A stretch of 64,000 nt of DNA. It comes from Hormiphora californensis. Lineage: Eukaryota > Animalia > Ctenophora. The stretch is from NCBI GenBank assembly GCA_020137815.1, contig CM035362.1, positions 1,364,001 through 1,428,000 on the forward strand. The letters are read 5' to 3'. Each line of letters starts with the position of its first letter. Within the stretch, counting starts at the first letter, position 1. The position numbers and the translations under genes were made by a program. The notes below the pieces were generated by a model. That model was not told the origin of the DNA, did no database searches, and saw only the letters and a program-made list of their open reading frames with translations. Positions 1 to 19,703 of this stretch are shown here, one piece after another.

Positions 1-547
1 TTACTTACTGTATATTAGCGAACCGTAAATTATCACTTCTAAAATTAACACGGTCGCTTGTAGTGGGAAAACGGTAATGGAAAACGAAGATACAGTAAGA
101 CGACGCGCAACCGTGACCAATCAGGGCGCTAGTACGTGCTGACACATGAACTTTTTGCCGCGCGTTATGCACCGTGCGTGTCTCCTTACTGTATTTTCAT
201 TACGGTAATTTGACTACAAGCAGCACTGTAAGAATAACAAAATTAAGAATTTTCTAGCGAAGAATATGACCAAAATTTGGATAAAAAGGCTAAAATACAA
301 TCTATACTTGTTTCAAATTGCCATTGAAGCAAAGGGGTCAACCAAATCATTTACAACACTGTCACTACGTGCACTCTTCAACGCATCAATGATGCCAGCT
401 GCTCTCCAGCCACTCTCCATGATACGCTTTCCCTTATCAGAGTGGAAGAAGTTGTAAAAAAAGGAACTCTAAAATTAAGAATAACAAAATTAAGAATATT
501 TTTTGGCCATATTCTTAATTTTAGGTTCGCTAATATACAGTAAGTAA
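1..547. mobile_element. Non-autonomous TIR element (MITE) in kelch-gene intron; left end may extend beyond the window
   Basis: ttacttactgtatattagcgaacc (1-24) is the exact reverse complement of 524-547; internal direct repeat taagaataacaaaattaagaat; no coding capacity. Confidence 0.65.
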
Positions 548-602
548 GGTATCCTATTTATAACTCCCTCATTCCCGCACTTTTATAATTTCCTTCCCAC
601 AG

Positions 603-7066
<6,464 letters not shown>

Positions 7067-8194
7067 CCTTTATATACTGTTCCAATGAGATATGGTAAGG
7101 AACGTAGCATGCTATTATAAACCATCTCTGTTTGAATCTTGAGTGTTTTTAATAAATCAACTGAATGTCCTTTTCTGGCTGTTAACTTTCCAAAAAAAAA
7201 CCCAAGCGTTACTGTGATTTGTTATAAATTTATTATTTTTTTTTGCGTGGGGGGAAAAATTTTGTTGGCCATGGAGTTTGACGGTGATTACCTGTGGGGG
7301 GACGGGAACCCCTCATTTTGGGCTCCCCAAACTATTATTTTGGGCTAAAGTTGTTAAAATTACACTACCTGATTTGTGAGGAGCTTATTAAAAAATAATA
7401 GGGGTCTGATTTTCCTTAACATGTTTTTGCCGGGGTTTTTAGTTTAAACGTTTTTTTCAAATAGGAGGGCGTGAACCACGGTTTAAAAGGGCCTCCTCCT
7501 TGTCTCAAAACCAGTGGCATTTTGGGAAATTTCCCCAGCCACTGGACCGTTTCTTGGTACACAGGGGCGGGGGAAACCTCCTTTGCCAAAATGCGCCGCC
7601 ACCGGTACCCCAACCAAAAACGACTCAAAATCCCCCGGCTTACTGATGTTTACCGATGAGGTGTTTTGTGGGAAATGTTGGGGACATTGGAGTTCACCAC
7701 TTTTGACCGTGGACCCCGGCCCAATCAAAATTTTCTTGTGTTGGGTCAGGTCCCCCGCCCAAAGTGGCGGGTCCTAACCCCACTTTTTTGGGGCCCCCCC
7801 TTTGTATGGCCCCAAAAGGGTTTTAAGGGTAAAAATTTGAAAATTTCGGGTCTGTTTCCTACAAATGGTGAAATGGCTATTGATTTTTAGGGAGTTTAAT
7901 AATGAAAGTAATATCGGCCAGAGTAATCAACAGATAGATAACCTGGTACCCCTCCATGATAAAATTTAAAAATTTTACCACCCCTTTGAATTTCTATCAG
8001 GGGGGTCGGATGTAGTGATTTTTTAAGTGAGGAAATAAATGAAGCATTTTGTACTGAAATTGCAGGTTCTTTTTATGGTAATAATTATTTTTTTTTAGTA
8101 AAAAGAAAACAGGATATTAACCAAAAAATTTTAAAACTTGATTAAAAAATTAAAATTTTAAAAAAACATTAAATTAGATCTCACACCACCAACT

Positions 8195-9813
8195 ATGATC
8201 CACCTTTTACAGTTTCTGCAGTGGAGACCCCTTCCCCCTTTCTTCCCCTTCCTTCCCAGTGTCCAAAAGTTTCCCCCTGTTTCGCAGAAGGTCTCTTTTT
8301 TAAAAAACAGGCCAGGTTGGTCCCTAATTTTTGTTCCAAGGGTTTCCTTTCCCAAAGTTGCCAGTGTTCCTTTCTGGAATCACAAAAACCAAATTTTTTT
8401 TTCCCACTTAAATTTTTTTTTTATTTTTCACATCTTTTTCCTCCCTTTCATTTTTGAGTTCCATGAATTTGAGCAGATCCACTTTTGTCCCGTCGACAGC
8501 TCGCAAAACAAGGTAAAATTCCTGTCAAAAGGGGGGAAAAAATTGAGTTTCAAAGCAAAAATTAAGAGGGATTGGAATTTTCCCATCATAACGAAGAATT
8601 TTTTAAAAAACTTACGACCGTCAAATAAACAACCATCGCCAAAAAAAATCCAATGGGACCGTTTGTTGTTTTGCTAAATTCGAAAAGCGGAAACTGGAAT
8701 TTGGAAGGTTTTTCCCGGGTTTTTTTTTTGAAGATCCAGAAAAATTGTTTCCATATTTTCACCCCGAGTCAAGGGAAAAAGAAATAATCCCAGTAGCTAG
8801 AAAAAATTATGAGGTTTTTGGGAGCTGTTCTGAAAATGAAAACATCCGCCTTTGGGCCCCTCAAATTTTAAAACGCAACCATTTGACAAAGTCGCGGAAA
8901 AAAACCCGGAATGGGGGCACCCCGTAAACTAAAAAACTCCCCGGGGTAAAAAAGCGTCACAAAATTTCACGCCTCCATCAAGTCAGAAACTCAGATCAGC
9001 CCCCGACCTCCTCAATTTGTTTGTTTAAACTGGAAGTTGTGGGCCGAAAAGTAGGGTTCAGAGGAACCCTTTTCCCCTTGAGATAAAAATAACATTTTCC
9101 ATGGGAGGGGAAGAAAGTTTCTCTCTCCCCCAAAAATTAATCCTTGGAGCCTTTGGTCCATAAAACTGGCAGTCGTGGTCAAAAATGGAGACTGACTGTC
9201 TTTTTGGATTTTGAAGCAGATCTCTTTTCCCCAAATCCCCCTGAAATTTTTTCCACTGATTCGGGCCTCGAAAGGATTCGTGACTGCCCCCTTTTGGTAG
9301 ACCTTATCAGTTTCCTTGGACCGACTTTCTTCCAAATAGACCCTTTCAGTTTTTTTCCTCCCCCAATCCAAGTGAACCATTGGTTTTATACTGCGGGTTG
9401 TGTTGTCACCTTGGAAAATCTTGCATCGGTGGAAAGTAAACCGGGGTTTGGTTTTTTCTTTAGCAAAGTTGGGGGGGTCCAAGGTAGCTCTTCAAAAAAT
9501 TTCAGCTTTAAAAAAATTTTTTCCTTTATTTGGTTTTCTAGGGTCGCTTTAAAACCCAAACCCAGTATATTTTGGGAAAAATTTCCCCAAAAAACCTCAC
9601 CTTCGTTTCCCGTTGTAACGTTGGTAAAAAAAAGAAATTTTAGCACCCCCTCTTGTGGAACATGGTTTTCAAAAAGAAAGGCAGACAAAACCACCGTGGG
9701 CCCCCCCCCTCAATACCATGAAAAAAACCTTTTAAAATATAAATCCTGATAACAACAGTGCCTTTGCAGATTGAAGATGTTGTGAACTCTGCTGAGATGG
9801 TGGTGGTAGTCAT
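8195..9813 (-). pseudogene. MATH-BTB paralog copy A, unreadable (garbled consensus or pseudogene)
   Basis: Collinear with 12406-14138 from the ATG context (catactggacctagctgaaaagg) to the 3' end, but full of homopolymer-type errors. Confidence 0.7.
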
Positions 9814-10292
9814 ACTGGACCTAGCTGAAAAGGGGATAAGTGAGTGAGAACTGAGAAACTCATTTAGGGAGGGGGAGAATGGAGATGGGGGATGTGGGGG
9901 CGTCTACAAGAAAAAGAGATCATTAGAAACAAGAAGTTCATTTAGAAGGAGAGGTAGGGAAGTTTAGGGGTATGGAGTGAGTACTGAGTACAATAAACAA
10001 CTTTAAAACGTGTAATAATAAAAAGTATACTTGGAATATTTCTACGTTTGAGACCCCTCAAAATAGAATCCCTTGGATATCTTTGGCTGTATCACAAATT
10101 TGACAACTGACTGTTCTTCGATTGGATTCCTAAGTAGGATATTCTTTCCTAAGTCCCCTGATACACGCTCCGCTGAGTATGGGGTTTGGAGAGTAATTGA
10201 AACTGCCATATTGGTAAGACTACTGTCAAGTTTTCCATTCGGGCCGTACTTTCTTACCACAAATTCTAGACCCTTGTGAGCCTTTCTACCCT

Positions 10293-11586
10293 GGGGGGGG
10301 GGGTGACACGTAACACTTTGTAACACTTTGTAACATGTAACGTACACAAAAAGTTTTCTGCACATGTTACAAAGTGTTACATAGTGTTACAAAGTGTTAC
10401 ATAGTGTTACAAAGTGTTACGAAGTGTTACATAGTGTTACAAAGTGTTACATAGTGTTACATAGTGTTACAAAGTGTTACATAGTGTTACAAAGTGTTAC
10501 ATAGTGTTACACAGTGTTACAAAGTGTTACATAGTGTTACATAGTGTTACAAAGTGTTACATAGTGTCACAAAGTGTTACAAATTGTTACAAAGTGTTAC
10601 AAATTGTTACAAAATATTTACAAAATATATAAGACGGTTGGTGAATAAGTAATTTGAACGACTTTGGTGTCTTTCTAGAACACATCTAAAAGTTTTAAAT
10701 TATTTCTAGGGTTAAAACATACACTTTTTTACTAATTTGCGGATGTTTTGAGCCTCCGATGTCATCGACTATATATGGAAATCAGGGCTGAAATAGTCCA
10801 TTTGGTAAAGAAAAATATGAACTTTAGACAACGGTAAAGTTTTTAGAGTGATATTAAAAGTATTGTGCCTCTCAGAGGCCCCCAATGTGCTGAGTCACCT
10901 GTGAGTTGTGACCCAATCGACTTTTTTTTCATTGGTAATCGATTCTTTGTACTTAATAAGATGATATACAGTCGGACCCCGATTTAACGGCCCCCGATTT
11001 AGCGGCACCCCGATTTAACGGCAGCATAATCTTCCCCCGATATAGAAAATTAACAGTATTTGACCCCGATTTAGCGGACACCCCGATTTAACGGACAAAA
11101 CCCTTTCCCCCAAGGGTGCCGTTAAATCGGGGTCCGACTGTACAACGTTTCTGTTGGAAAAAGAAATAAAATTTTTCCAAAATCAATTTTTTGGTCAAAG
11201 ATTGAAAATTTGCTTCGCTACAAATCCTTGTGTTTTTGTAAATATTTTGTAACAATTTGTAACACTTTGTAACAATTTGTAACACTTTGTGACACTATGT
11301 AACACTTTGTGACACTTTGTAACACTATGTAACACTTTGTAACACTTTGTAACACTTTGTAACACTATGTAACACTTTGTAACACTATGTAACACTTTGT
11401 AACACTATGTAACACTATGTAACACTTTGTAACACTTTGTAACACTATGTAACACTTTGTAACACTATGTAACACTTTGTAACACTATGTAACACTTTGT
11501 AACACTTTGTAACATGTAACGTGCACAAAAAGTTTTCTGCACATGTTACAAAGTGTTACAAAGTGTTACGTGTCACCCCCCCCCCC
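10293..11586. mobile_element. TIR element with G11/C11 termini, 10-bp subterminal satellites and TSD TACCCT
   Basis: taccct|G11tgacacgtaacac ... gtgttacgtgtcaC11|taccct; inverted arrays of tgttacaaag/tgttacatag; empty site visible in paralog C (tttttaccctccacaatcc). Confidence 0.9.
10969..11140. mobile_element. Short MITE, TIR CAGTCGGACCCCGATTTA, TA TSD, nested in the previous element
   Basis: TA|cagtcggaccccgattta ... taaatcggggtccgactg|TA; same family at 19129, 51915 and 58866. Confidence 0.9.
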
Positions 11587-12405
11587 TACCCTCCACAATC
11601 CAAGTAGAATCGTTTACTTGATGACTGCTGGTTTGTGTTCCGAATTCCGTGGCAAAATCCTTTGCTAATCGGTGGAAAGTAACCTGGTTCGGTTTTATTT
11701 CGGTAACAGTTGGAGGTCCAAGGTAGCTATCTTCAATCGTAATCTCAGCTTCAATAGTGTATTTTTCCATTTCATTCAGATTTGCTAAGGGCTCCATCAT
11801 TTCAAGCATTTCTTGATCTGTATGAATGTTTGAAAACCTTGCTTCAATTTTTTTATACCTTGCTCCCGTTGTAACATTAGTCAAGTTAATTGAAGTTGAG
11901 CACATCCACTCCTTTGTGGAATATATTGAATCACACCAAATAAAGGCATCCACTAACCCACCATTCAGTTCCAATTCAAGAGTCCATGAAAACCCCAGAA
12001 AAATCGTTTTATCACTGAATACAGAACGGCTTTTGGAGATTGAAGATGCTGTAAAATCTGCGGAGATGGTGGTAGTATTCATACTGGACCTAGCTGAAAA
12101 GGCAATTATACGTGTTTGAGAACTGAAAAACTCATTTAGGGAGGGAGAGACGGGGGACTGGGGGCTTCTACAAGAAAAAGAGATCATTAGAAACAAGAAG
12201 TTCATTCAGAAGGAGAGGTGGGGAATTTGGGGGCATGGAGTGAATACTGAGTACAACAAACAACTTTAAAAGATGTAATAATAAAAAGTACACTTTACAA
12301 ATTTAAAAATTGTAAGATTTTCGTATTCGAAATAGTGCTCTCCCCTAAAAAATCGATTATAACATTAATAATTAATGGTACTATCATATTGATTCCTGCT
12401 AGCAG

Positions 12406-14138
12406 CTAGGCACCATCTTTAACAGTTTCTACAATGGAGACCCCTTCCATCATCTCACTCTTACTATCTTCCTCAGTGTCCCAAAGTTTCCTCCTGTTTC
12501 GACAAGAAAGGTCTATCGAGAGAACAAGGCCAGGTTGATCCCTCAATTTTGTTCCAATGGTTCCTTGCCACTGTTGCCAGTGTTCCGTCTTCTGGAATGA
12601 CAGTAATCTCTAATTCGACAACCTTATTTTCACCACTGTTTGCTTCCTCTTTCTCAGCTTTAAGAGTCTCCATGAACTTGCAGCAGATCTCAGCATTTGT
12701 ACTTCGTTCAACGGCTTCTGCTAGCAGAGACAAAGTGTCCTCGTCGCATAGGGAGAAGTTGAAGTTTTCTAGCCAATAGTTCAAGAGAGGGATACTACAC
12801 TTAAACATCATCAAAGCGAGAATCTGTTTCATAAACTCGTCCACAAGTTTAAACTCAACAACCATCGCCAAAAATAAATCCAGATGGGGGCGTTTCGCTG
12901 TGTTTGCTAACAAGTCAGAGAAACGGAATTGGAATTTGAGAAGATTTTCCGGCGTTTTTGAAATAAGATGATCCAGAAAGAATGTGTTTCCATATTTCAC
13001 CACTGAGTCAAGTGCAAGTAGAGCATACTCCCAGTAGCTAGCGAAGTTATCCGATGGTTTGGGTAAATGTTCCTTGTAAAACTGAATACATCCAGCCTTG
13101 GCCCAGTCAACTTTAAATACAGCAATCATTTTGACGAAGTCGCTGAAAACCTTGAATTTAGTATCATCTGTAAGCATGTCAACACTCCCGGAGTAGCAAG
13201 CGTCAACAAAGATCCTCACAGCATCAGCATCAAAGTCAGACACATCATGATCTAGCTCCCCGACCTCCTCAATTAGATTTGTTAAGACTGGAGAGTTGTG
13301 GGTCAGAATGTAGGAGTTCAGAGGAACCTTGCTTCCATCTTGTAGAATAAAACTAACATTTCCATGGGCAGGGCAAGCAAGTTTCTCTCTCCCAAAATCA
13401 AATCCTTTGGAAGTCTTTGGCTCGCATAAAGCTGGCTGATCGTGGATCAAAAATGTAACGACTGACTGATCTTCAATTGGATTCCGAAGCATGATCTCTT
13501 TTCCCAAGTCTCCTGATCTAGTTTCCACTGAGTTTTGGCCTCGTATGGATATCGTGACTGCCCATCTAGGTAGACTCTTATCAGGTTTTCCATTTGGACT
13601 GTACTTTCTTACCATAAACTGTAGACCCTTCTCAGCCTTTTTACCCTCCACAATCCAAGTAGATCCATTGACTTGATGACTGCTGGTTTGTGTTGTCACC
13701 TTGGCGAAATTCCTTGCTACTCGGTGGAAAATTACCTGACTGGAATTAGCTTCAGCAACAATTGGTGGTCCGAGGTAGCTATCTTCAATCGTAATCTCAG
13801 CTTCAATTGTAAACTTTTCTACTTTTTTTAGGTTTGCTAGGGGCTCGAACTTTAGTTTACCCCATCCATCATGATCACTGTAACTTGAAAACTTTTTTAC
13901 AAAACCCGTCGACTTTTTTCCTGTTGTAACGTTGGTTATGGAAAATGAAGTTGAGCACATCCAATCTATTGTGGAACGCATAGGTGTACAGCAAAAGAAA
14001 AGCAGCGACAAACTCACCATCCAGCGCCAATTGAATAGTCCATGAAAACCCTTGAAATATAGTGATATCACTGAAAACATCAGTGTCTTTGCAGATTGAA
14101 GATGTTGTGAACTCTGCAGAGATGGTGGTAGTAGTCAT
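12406..14138 (-). CDS. MATH(-MATH-like)-BTB/POZ protein, copy C, intronless CDS with two 1-bp frameshifts
   Basis: MATH-like FQGFSWTIQL...WMCSTSFSITN...DGWGKLKF...FTIEAEITI; BTB GNVSFILQDGSKVPLNSYILTHNSPVLTNLI...SDFDADAVRIFVDACYSG; frameshifts near 13995 and 12503 by comparison with copies B and D. Confidence 0.8.
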
Positions 14139-14446
14139 ACTGGACCTAGCTGAAAAGGGAATAAGTGTGTGAGAACTGAGAAAGTAATTAAGAAGGAGAG
14201 ATAGAGATTCGGGGGGTATTGCTATGTTCTAGTACTCCTTTACAATATATGTGTAGAAGAGCCTTCACAGAGGGTCGAGTAAGGCAAGAGGGAGGCATGG
14301 AGTGAGCAAACAAACAATATTTCAAATATGTTATGTTAAAAATATACAAATTTCAAAAATTGTAAGATTTTTGTACTCGAAAAAGTTCTCTCCCCTTAAA
14401 AACTCATTCGGTTATATGTACTTACATAACAAATTATATTAATTAA

Positions 14447-15054
14447 CTAGTAGGCCCGTTCGCCCTACGGGCGAATTTCGGGGAAATGGTAGCTGGATTA
14501 GGGAACGCTGACATCACCTGCACCATCCGTTCCTAGCCTATCTCTCACTTTCTCCCTATACTACGTTGTTTTACGCTATGTTGTTGTACGCTCTGGGCTT
14601 CCTGACAATGTCAAGGTGCGAATTTAAAAAATCGATGTCAGGGAGGTTCAGTGCTGTTACAGAAACTCATCACGTGAAAACTTGGCCGCTATGTAGCCAA
14701 TTCAGAGATTTCTATATTCGATTGGAGTAATCACCCTTGGGCGACGTTGGGTAAAGCTATCAGTAGTCGTTGATTGGCTCGCTTGAACATGTTGGCGTAA
14801 TCTGTCATATTCTCTGGCCTGCTCTCTGACAGCAGCAGATCTTCCGGACCCAGATGACCGTTGCCGAATAGCGCTTGGGGTTGAAGAGTTAGACATCAGG
14901 ACAAAAGTAAAAGAATGCACGTGCAGAATTGAATTTCCCTTAGTACCCAAAACTGCAACTGGGAGTGAGGTTTCTAAGTTGCTCTAATAATTGCACGTGC
15001 AGGTGTAGTTGCTAGGTGATGTAGCACTGACAATTTGAATAGTAAGTAGTATGA
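14447..15054 (-). mobile_element. Non-autonomous Helitron
   Basis: A|TC start, hairpin ttcgcccgtagggcgaa before CTAG|T end, no TSD; near-identical copy at 56648-57240. Confidence 0.9.
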
Positions 15055-15087
15055 TACTACATATTAACATATCACATTCATTCCCCG

Positions 15088-16292
15088 CTAGGCACCATCT
15101 TTTACAGTTTCTGCAGTGGAGACCCCTTCCATCTCACTCTTATGAACTTCCTCAGTGTCCCAAAGTTTCCTCCTGTTTCGACAGAAAGGTCTCTTGTTAG
15201 AACAGGGCCAGGTTGATCCTTCAATTTTGTTCCAATGGTTCCTTGCCACTGTTGCCAGTGTTCCATCTTCTGGAATCACATCAGTCTCCAGCTTGAAAAC
15301 CTTATTTTCACCACTGTCCGGTTCATGTTTCTCAGTTTTAAGAGTCGCCATAAACTTGCAGCAGACCTCAGCATTTGTATTCTTTTCGACGGCCAAAGCT
15401 AAAAGATGCAGAGGCAGGGAGTTATTTTCGCACAAGGAGAAGTTAAAGTTTTCAAGCCAGTAGTTTAGCAGCGGGATATGGAACTTAACCATCAACAACC
15501 CGAGAATCTGTTTTGTAAACTCGTCGATCAGATCAAATTCAACAATCATCGTCAAAAGCAAGTCCAGATGAGACCGTTTCGTTGTGTTTGCTAATAATTC
15601 AGAGAAACGGAACTGGAATTCTAATTTAGTGCCAGGGATATTTGAAAGTAGGTAGTTTAGGAAATCAGTATCACCATATTTCACCGCTGAGTCGAGTGCG
15701 AGTAGGGCATAGTCCCAGTAGCAAGCAAAGTTTTCTGAAAGTTCGGGTAAATGTTCCTTGTAAAACTGAAGACATCCATCCTTTGCCCAGTCAACTTTAA
15801 ATACAGCAACCATTTTGACAAAGTCGCTGAAAACCTTAAACTCGGTTCCATCTGTAAGCATTTCAACACTCCCGGAAGTAGCAAGCGTCGACAAAGATCC
15901 TCACAGCCTCAGCATCAAAGTCAGAAACATCATGATCGAGCACCCGGACCTCCTCAATTAGATTTGTTAAGACTGGAGAGTTGTGGGTCAGAATGTAGGA
16001 GTTCAGAGGAATCTTGCTTCCGTCTTGTAGAATAAAGTTAACATTTCCATGGGCAGGGCAGGAAAGTTTCGCTCTCCCAAAATTGAATCCATTTGTAGCA
16101 TTTGGCTCGCATAAAGCTGGCAGATCGTGGATCAGAAATGTGATGACTGACTGATCTTCAAATGGATTCCGAAGCATGATCTCTTTTCCCAAGTCTCCTG
16201 ATCTAGTTTCCACTGAGTTTGGGCCTCGTACGGATATCGTGACTGCCCATTTAGGTAGACTTTTATCAGGTTTTCCATTAGGACCGTACTTC
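15088..16292 (-). CDS. MATH-BTB paralog copy D, 5'-truncated in this assembly
   Basis: ORFs 15863-16213 and 15088-15894 join via a 1-bp frameshift near 15878; highly similar to copy C; homology breaks into GA-rich garble near 16295. Confidence 0.7.
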
Positions 16293-16354
16293 TTACAGTT
16301 AGAGACGTAGAGAGATGGAGAGAAGGAGGAGAAAGAAGATAGAGCACGAGGAGA

Positions 16355-16393
<39 letters not shown>

Positions 16394-16722
16394 TTAGTGA
16401 GGAAGAAATTCAGAAGTTGCGAATGAGAGAGGGCAGTTCTCACGCAACTCACAGTTTGCACCTATTCACAGCTTGATTCCTCATCCCATCAACCATGTCC
16501 AACTGTTTATTCATCAATCGTCAAATGATCCAGTATGTGTTTCCCGAGAAAGACCCTCTCTCACGTGTATATCATTATATATTTTTCCCATACTAAGTTA
16601 AGCTGTCAGCATCGTGCAGGTGAGTCGTAAAAACCTTTTAACTTCCATAAACCACTGCCTGCACGAGAAGAAGGAGGAGGAGATAGAGAGGTGGAGACGA
16701 GAAGTACTCTTTATCTAGCTCG

Positions 16723-16787
<65 letters not shown>

Positions 16788-17461
16788 CGTATTGTTGGAT
16801 TTTCATCACTTCCGATCAGCGTGATGCATTATTTCTCTTTATTGAAGTTGCGGTCACCGACCGTTGATCTGTATAATATAAGATATAAAATGTTTCAAAC
16901 TCTGATCCTCCCTCTCTCTCTCTCTCTCACACACACAATATCACTCTTTTCCATCATCTTTTTCTAGATTTCCTCTCTATCGTTTGATAACACTTTCTTA
17001 CTCCATTGTCTTTCCAGTTAGTGCATGGGAAATATAGATCATAGGGGGACGCTATCAAGTCTCTGTGGTCTGTCCATACTAGGGAATTGCTTCTTTACTC
17101 ACGCTCTATTGTGTATCAGTATCAGCTGTGTTAATAGGAGCTTGTCACACAACTGAGCCTGTATAGATTATCTATGATTTGTGATATGCGTTGGTTTGTA
17201 TAGTTGGGATACGAAATGTTTTGCTCTCTCAATTATTTTACATGGTAGCTATTACTTTCCAATTACACCAATTAATTCAAAATCCAACGTTTTATGGTGC
17301 TTTGTTTGCAGAATACCTTCCTGCCACCTGAGATGCAGACTCGTAATGGCATGAAGAGACAACGTTGTCTGCCTGCTTGATTGTTGTAGCTGCGGCTCAG
17401 CTTTGACAAGAAACCGACAGCTAATTCTTCAATCTCACTAATTCCTACTCTTTTTCACTCA

Positions 17462-17965
<504 letters not shown>

Positions 17966-18375
17966 CTACAGACTAGCCTGTCTTGTCAGACTGTCGGCAC
18001 AAGCAAGCTTGGCAACCAAGACTGATGTTTGTATGCAGACAGAGAAAAAACAAAACATATACATGGACATATTTTCCACATGCGCCAGTGAACGTGTCAC
18101 CAATCATATTTCACAGTAAACAATACGAAATAGCTGAAGACGTGATACACAGTGATCTCGAAAGCTTCTTTCAATTTATTTGATTTAGTACCATTATATC
18201 GTTGTCTATCTTGTAAACAATACGAAATTCATTTCTCCATATTGTCTCTCTTCTCCTTTTTGCTTTGTTTGCGTTGTTTAACAACTCACTTTCAAGTCGA
18301 AAGTGTACTAGTATTACTTTCTGAACATGTATGCCCATAATAATTCTATTTAGTCGACATATATATTTCCCATAG

Positions 18376-19703
18376 AAACACGATGTCTGAGAAGCGGAGA
18401 GGTAACGGAGGAGGAGGTTCCTCAACCTTCCAGCAGTATGGCAGAGGTATGGTAGTATATCCTCTAAAGTTCATCCCAGTCATAATAATTAAACTTTGAG
18501 CTAACAGTCTGAAATTTTGTTCAACCTATATATTCATGATTTGTCTCATAGGGCCATTTATAGCCCTATGAGACAAAACTCTATAGAGTAACTGTGCCAA
18601 ATTTTAGCGCTCTATGATATATCGGGAACCATGCTAGGACATTTGCCCATCACTGGTATAACTCTCGTCATGATTCCGTTACAGTATTTTAATCTGTTAG
18701 TTTGTTTAGGTGGTGTCGGAGGTGCAGAATCGAGCATTGGAAGAATACCGAAGAAGGATGAGGGGAGGGCCAGCGGGAAAGAAGCAGCTCTCCAAGAAAC
18801 CATCGTATAACGGATCGTCCAGCCGTCGAGATGTAATGCATTAGGATTGGAGCCATGGTCCCTTGATAGTTTTAATTTATTTAGAGTTAGGAGTGAACAT
18901 TTGCATAGTTCATGGAAACGAGAGTGTCTGAAAAAGTCAAGATATGAGTGGAGCCATGGCAAAGTTGGCAGAGATTTATAGTGAAAGTCTCAGCATTTAA
19001 TTATTGTTAATTGCCACTTTTATTATCTTCGAGATTCTTGCAGATAACCAGCGGAGAGAACGACACCTCCCGAGGAACATCTGATCTGACCCGGGAGACA
19101 TCTCGTGGTGCTCTCGGAATAGGTAATACAGTCGGACCCCGATTTAGTGGAACTCTGATTTAGTGGCAGGAGGATGCCACTAAATCGGGGTCCGCCTATA
19201 TAATGTTGTGCCTAATTTACACGGCACACGCTTGACTTGATTTTAAATTTTAGTTTGTCAAGCAGTTTCAGTTGCTAAGTGATAACTGGAAAAAACGATC
19301 CCTCTGTTCGTGAATTTTAACATCGATACTGTTAAATTATCGGTAACTCCGAATCTTCTATCTAACGTTTTTTGTACTCTCTTCTTAATCTTCTTCTATG
19401 TCTCTCCTTTTCTCTCTGTTTTTCTTTCTTCCTCCATTTCTCACTCACTTTCTTTCTCTCTTTCTCTGACCAATCTCTCTCTGGGCTTATTTTCAAAACA
19501 AAGAGACTATTAAAATGCTGTGGTTAGACATATGATGATCGTTAAAATACCACAGGAAAATTGACCTGATGTTAAAGTACCACAGATCATATCACATCTG
19601 AATCATATTATAAACTTTTAGTCACCACTATAAATGAAATGACAGCTGTACTTCTTTAACCGTTTAACCGTTCATATAGGGTCAAGAGGAGTTGGTGACC
19701 AAG
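18376..19703 (+). CDS. Candidate alternative N-terminal module 1 of CCDC40 (4 small exons)
   Basis: Phase-consistent exons 18376-18446, 18710-18832, 19044-19122, 19680-19703 encoding ...SSSMAE|VVSEVQNRALEEYRRR...|ITSGEND...|GSRGVGDQ; ends in a phase-1 donor. Confidence 0.5.

Larger units (their letters stand above)
10042..12082 (-). pseudogene. MATH-BTB paralog copy B: lacks BTB and is split by a TE insertion
   Basis: ORF ...STWIVEGR (11573-12205) resumes as KAHKGLEFVVRKY... (10042-10365) once 10293-11586 is removed; stops at KGFYFEGSQT* just before the BTB region of copy C. Confidence 0.8.

Noticed and set aside
14702-14950. Conserved small protein duplicated at 56744-57079
   Set aside because: Lies within two copies of the same non-autonomous Helitron; no recognisable domain and stop positions differ
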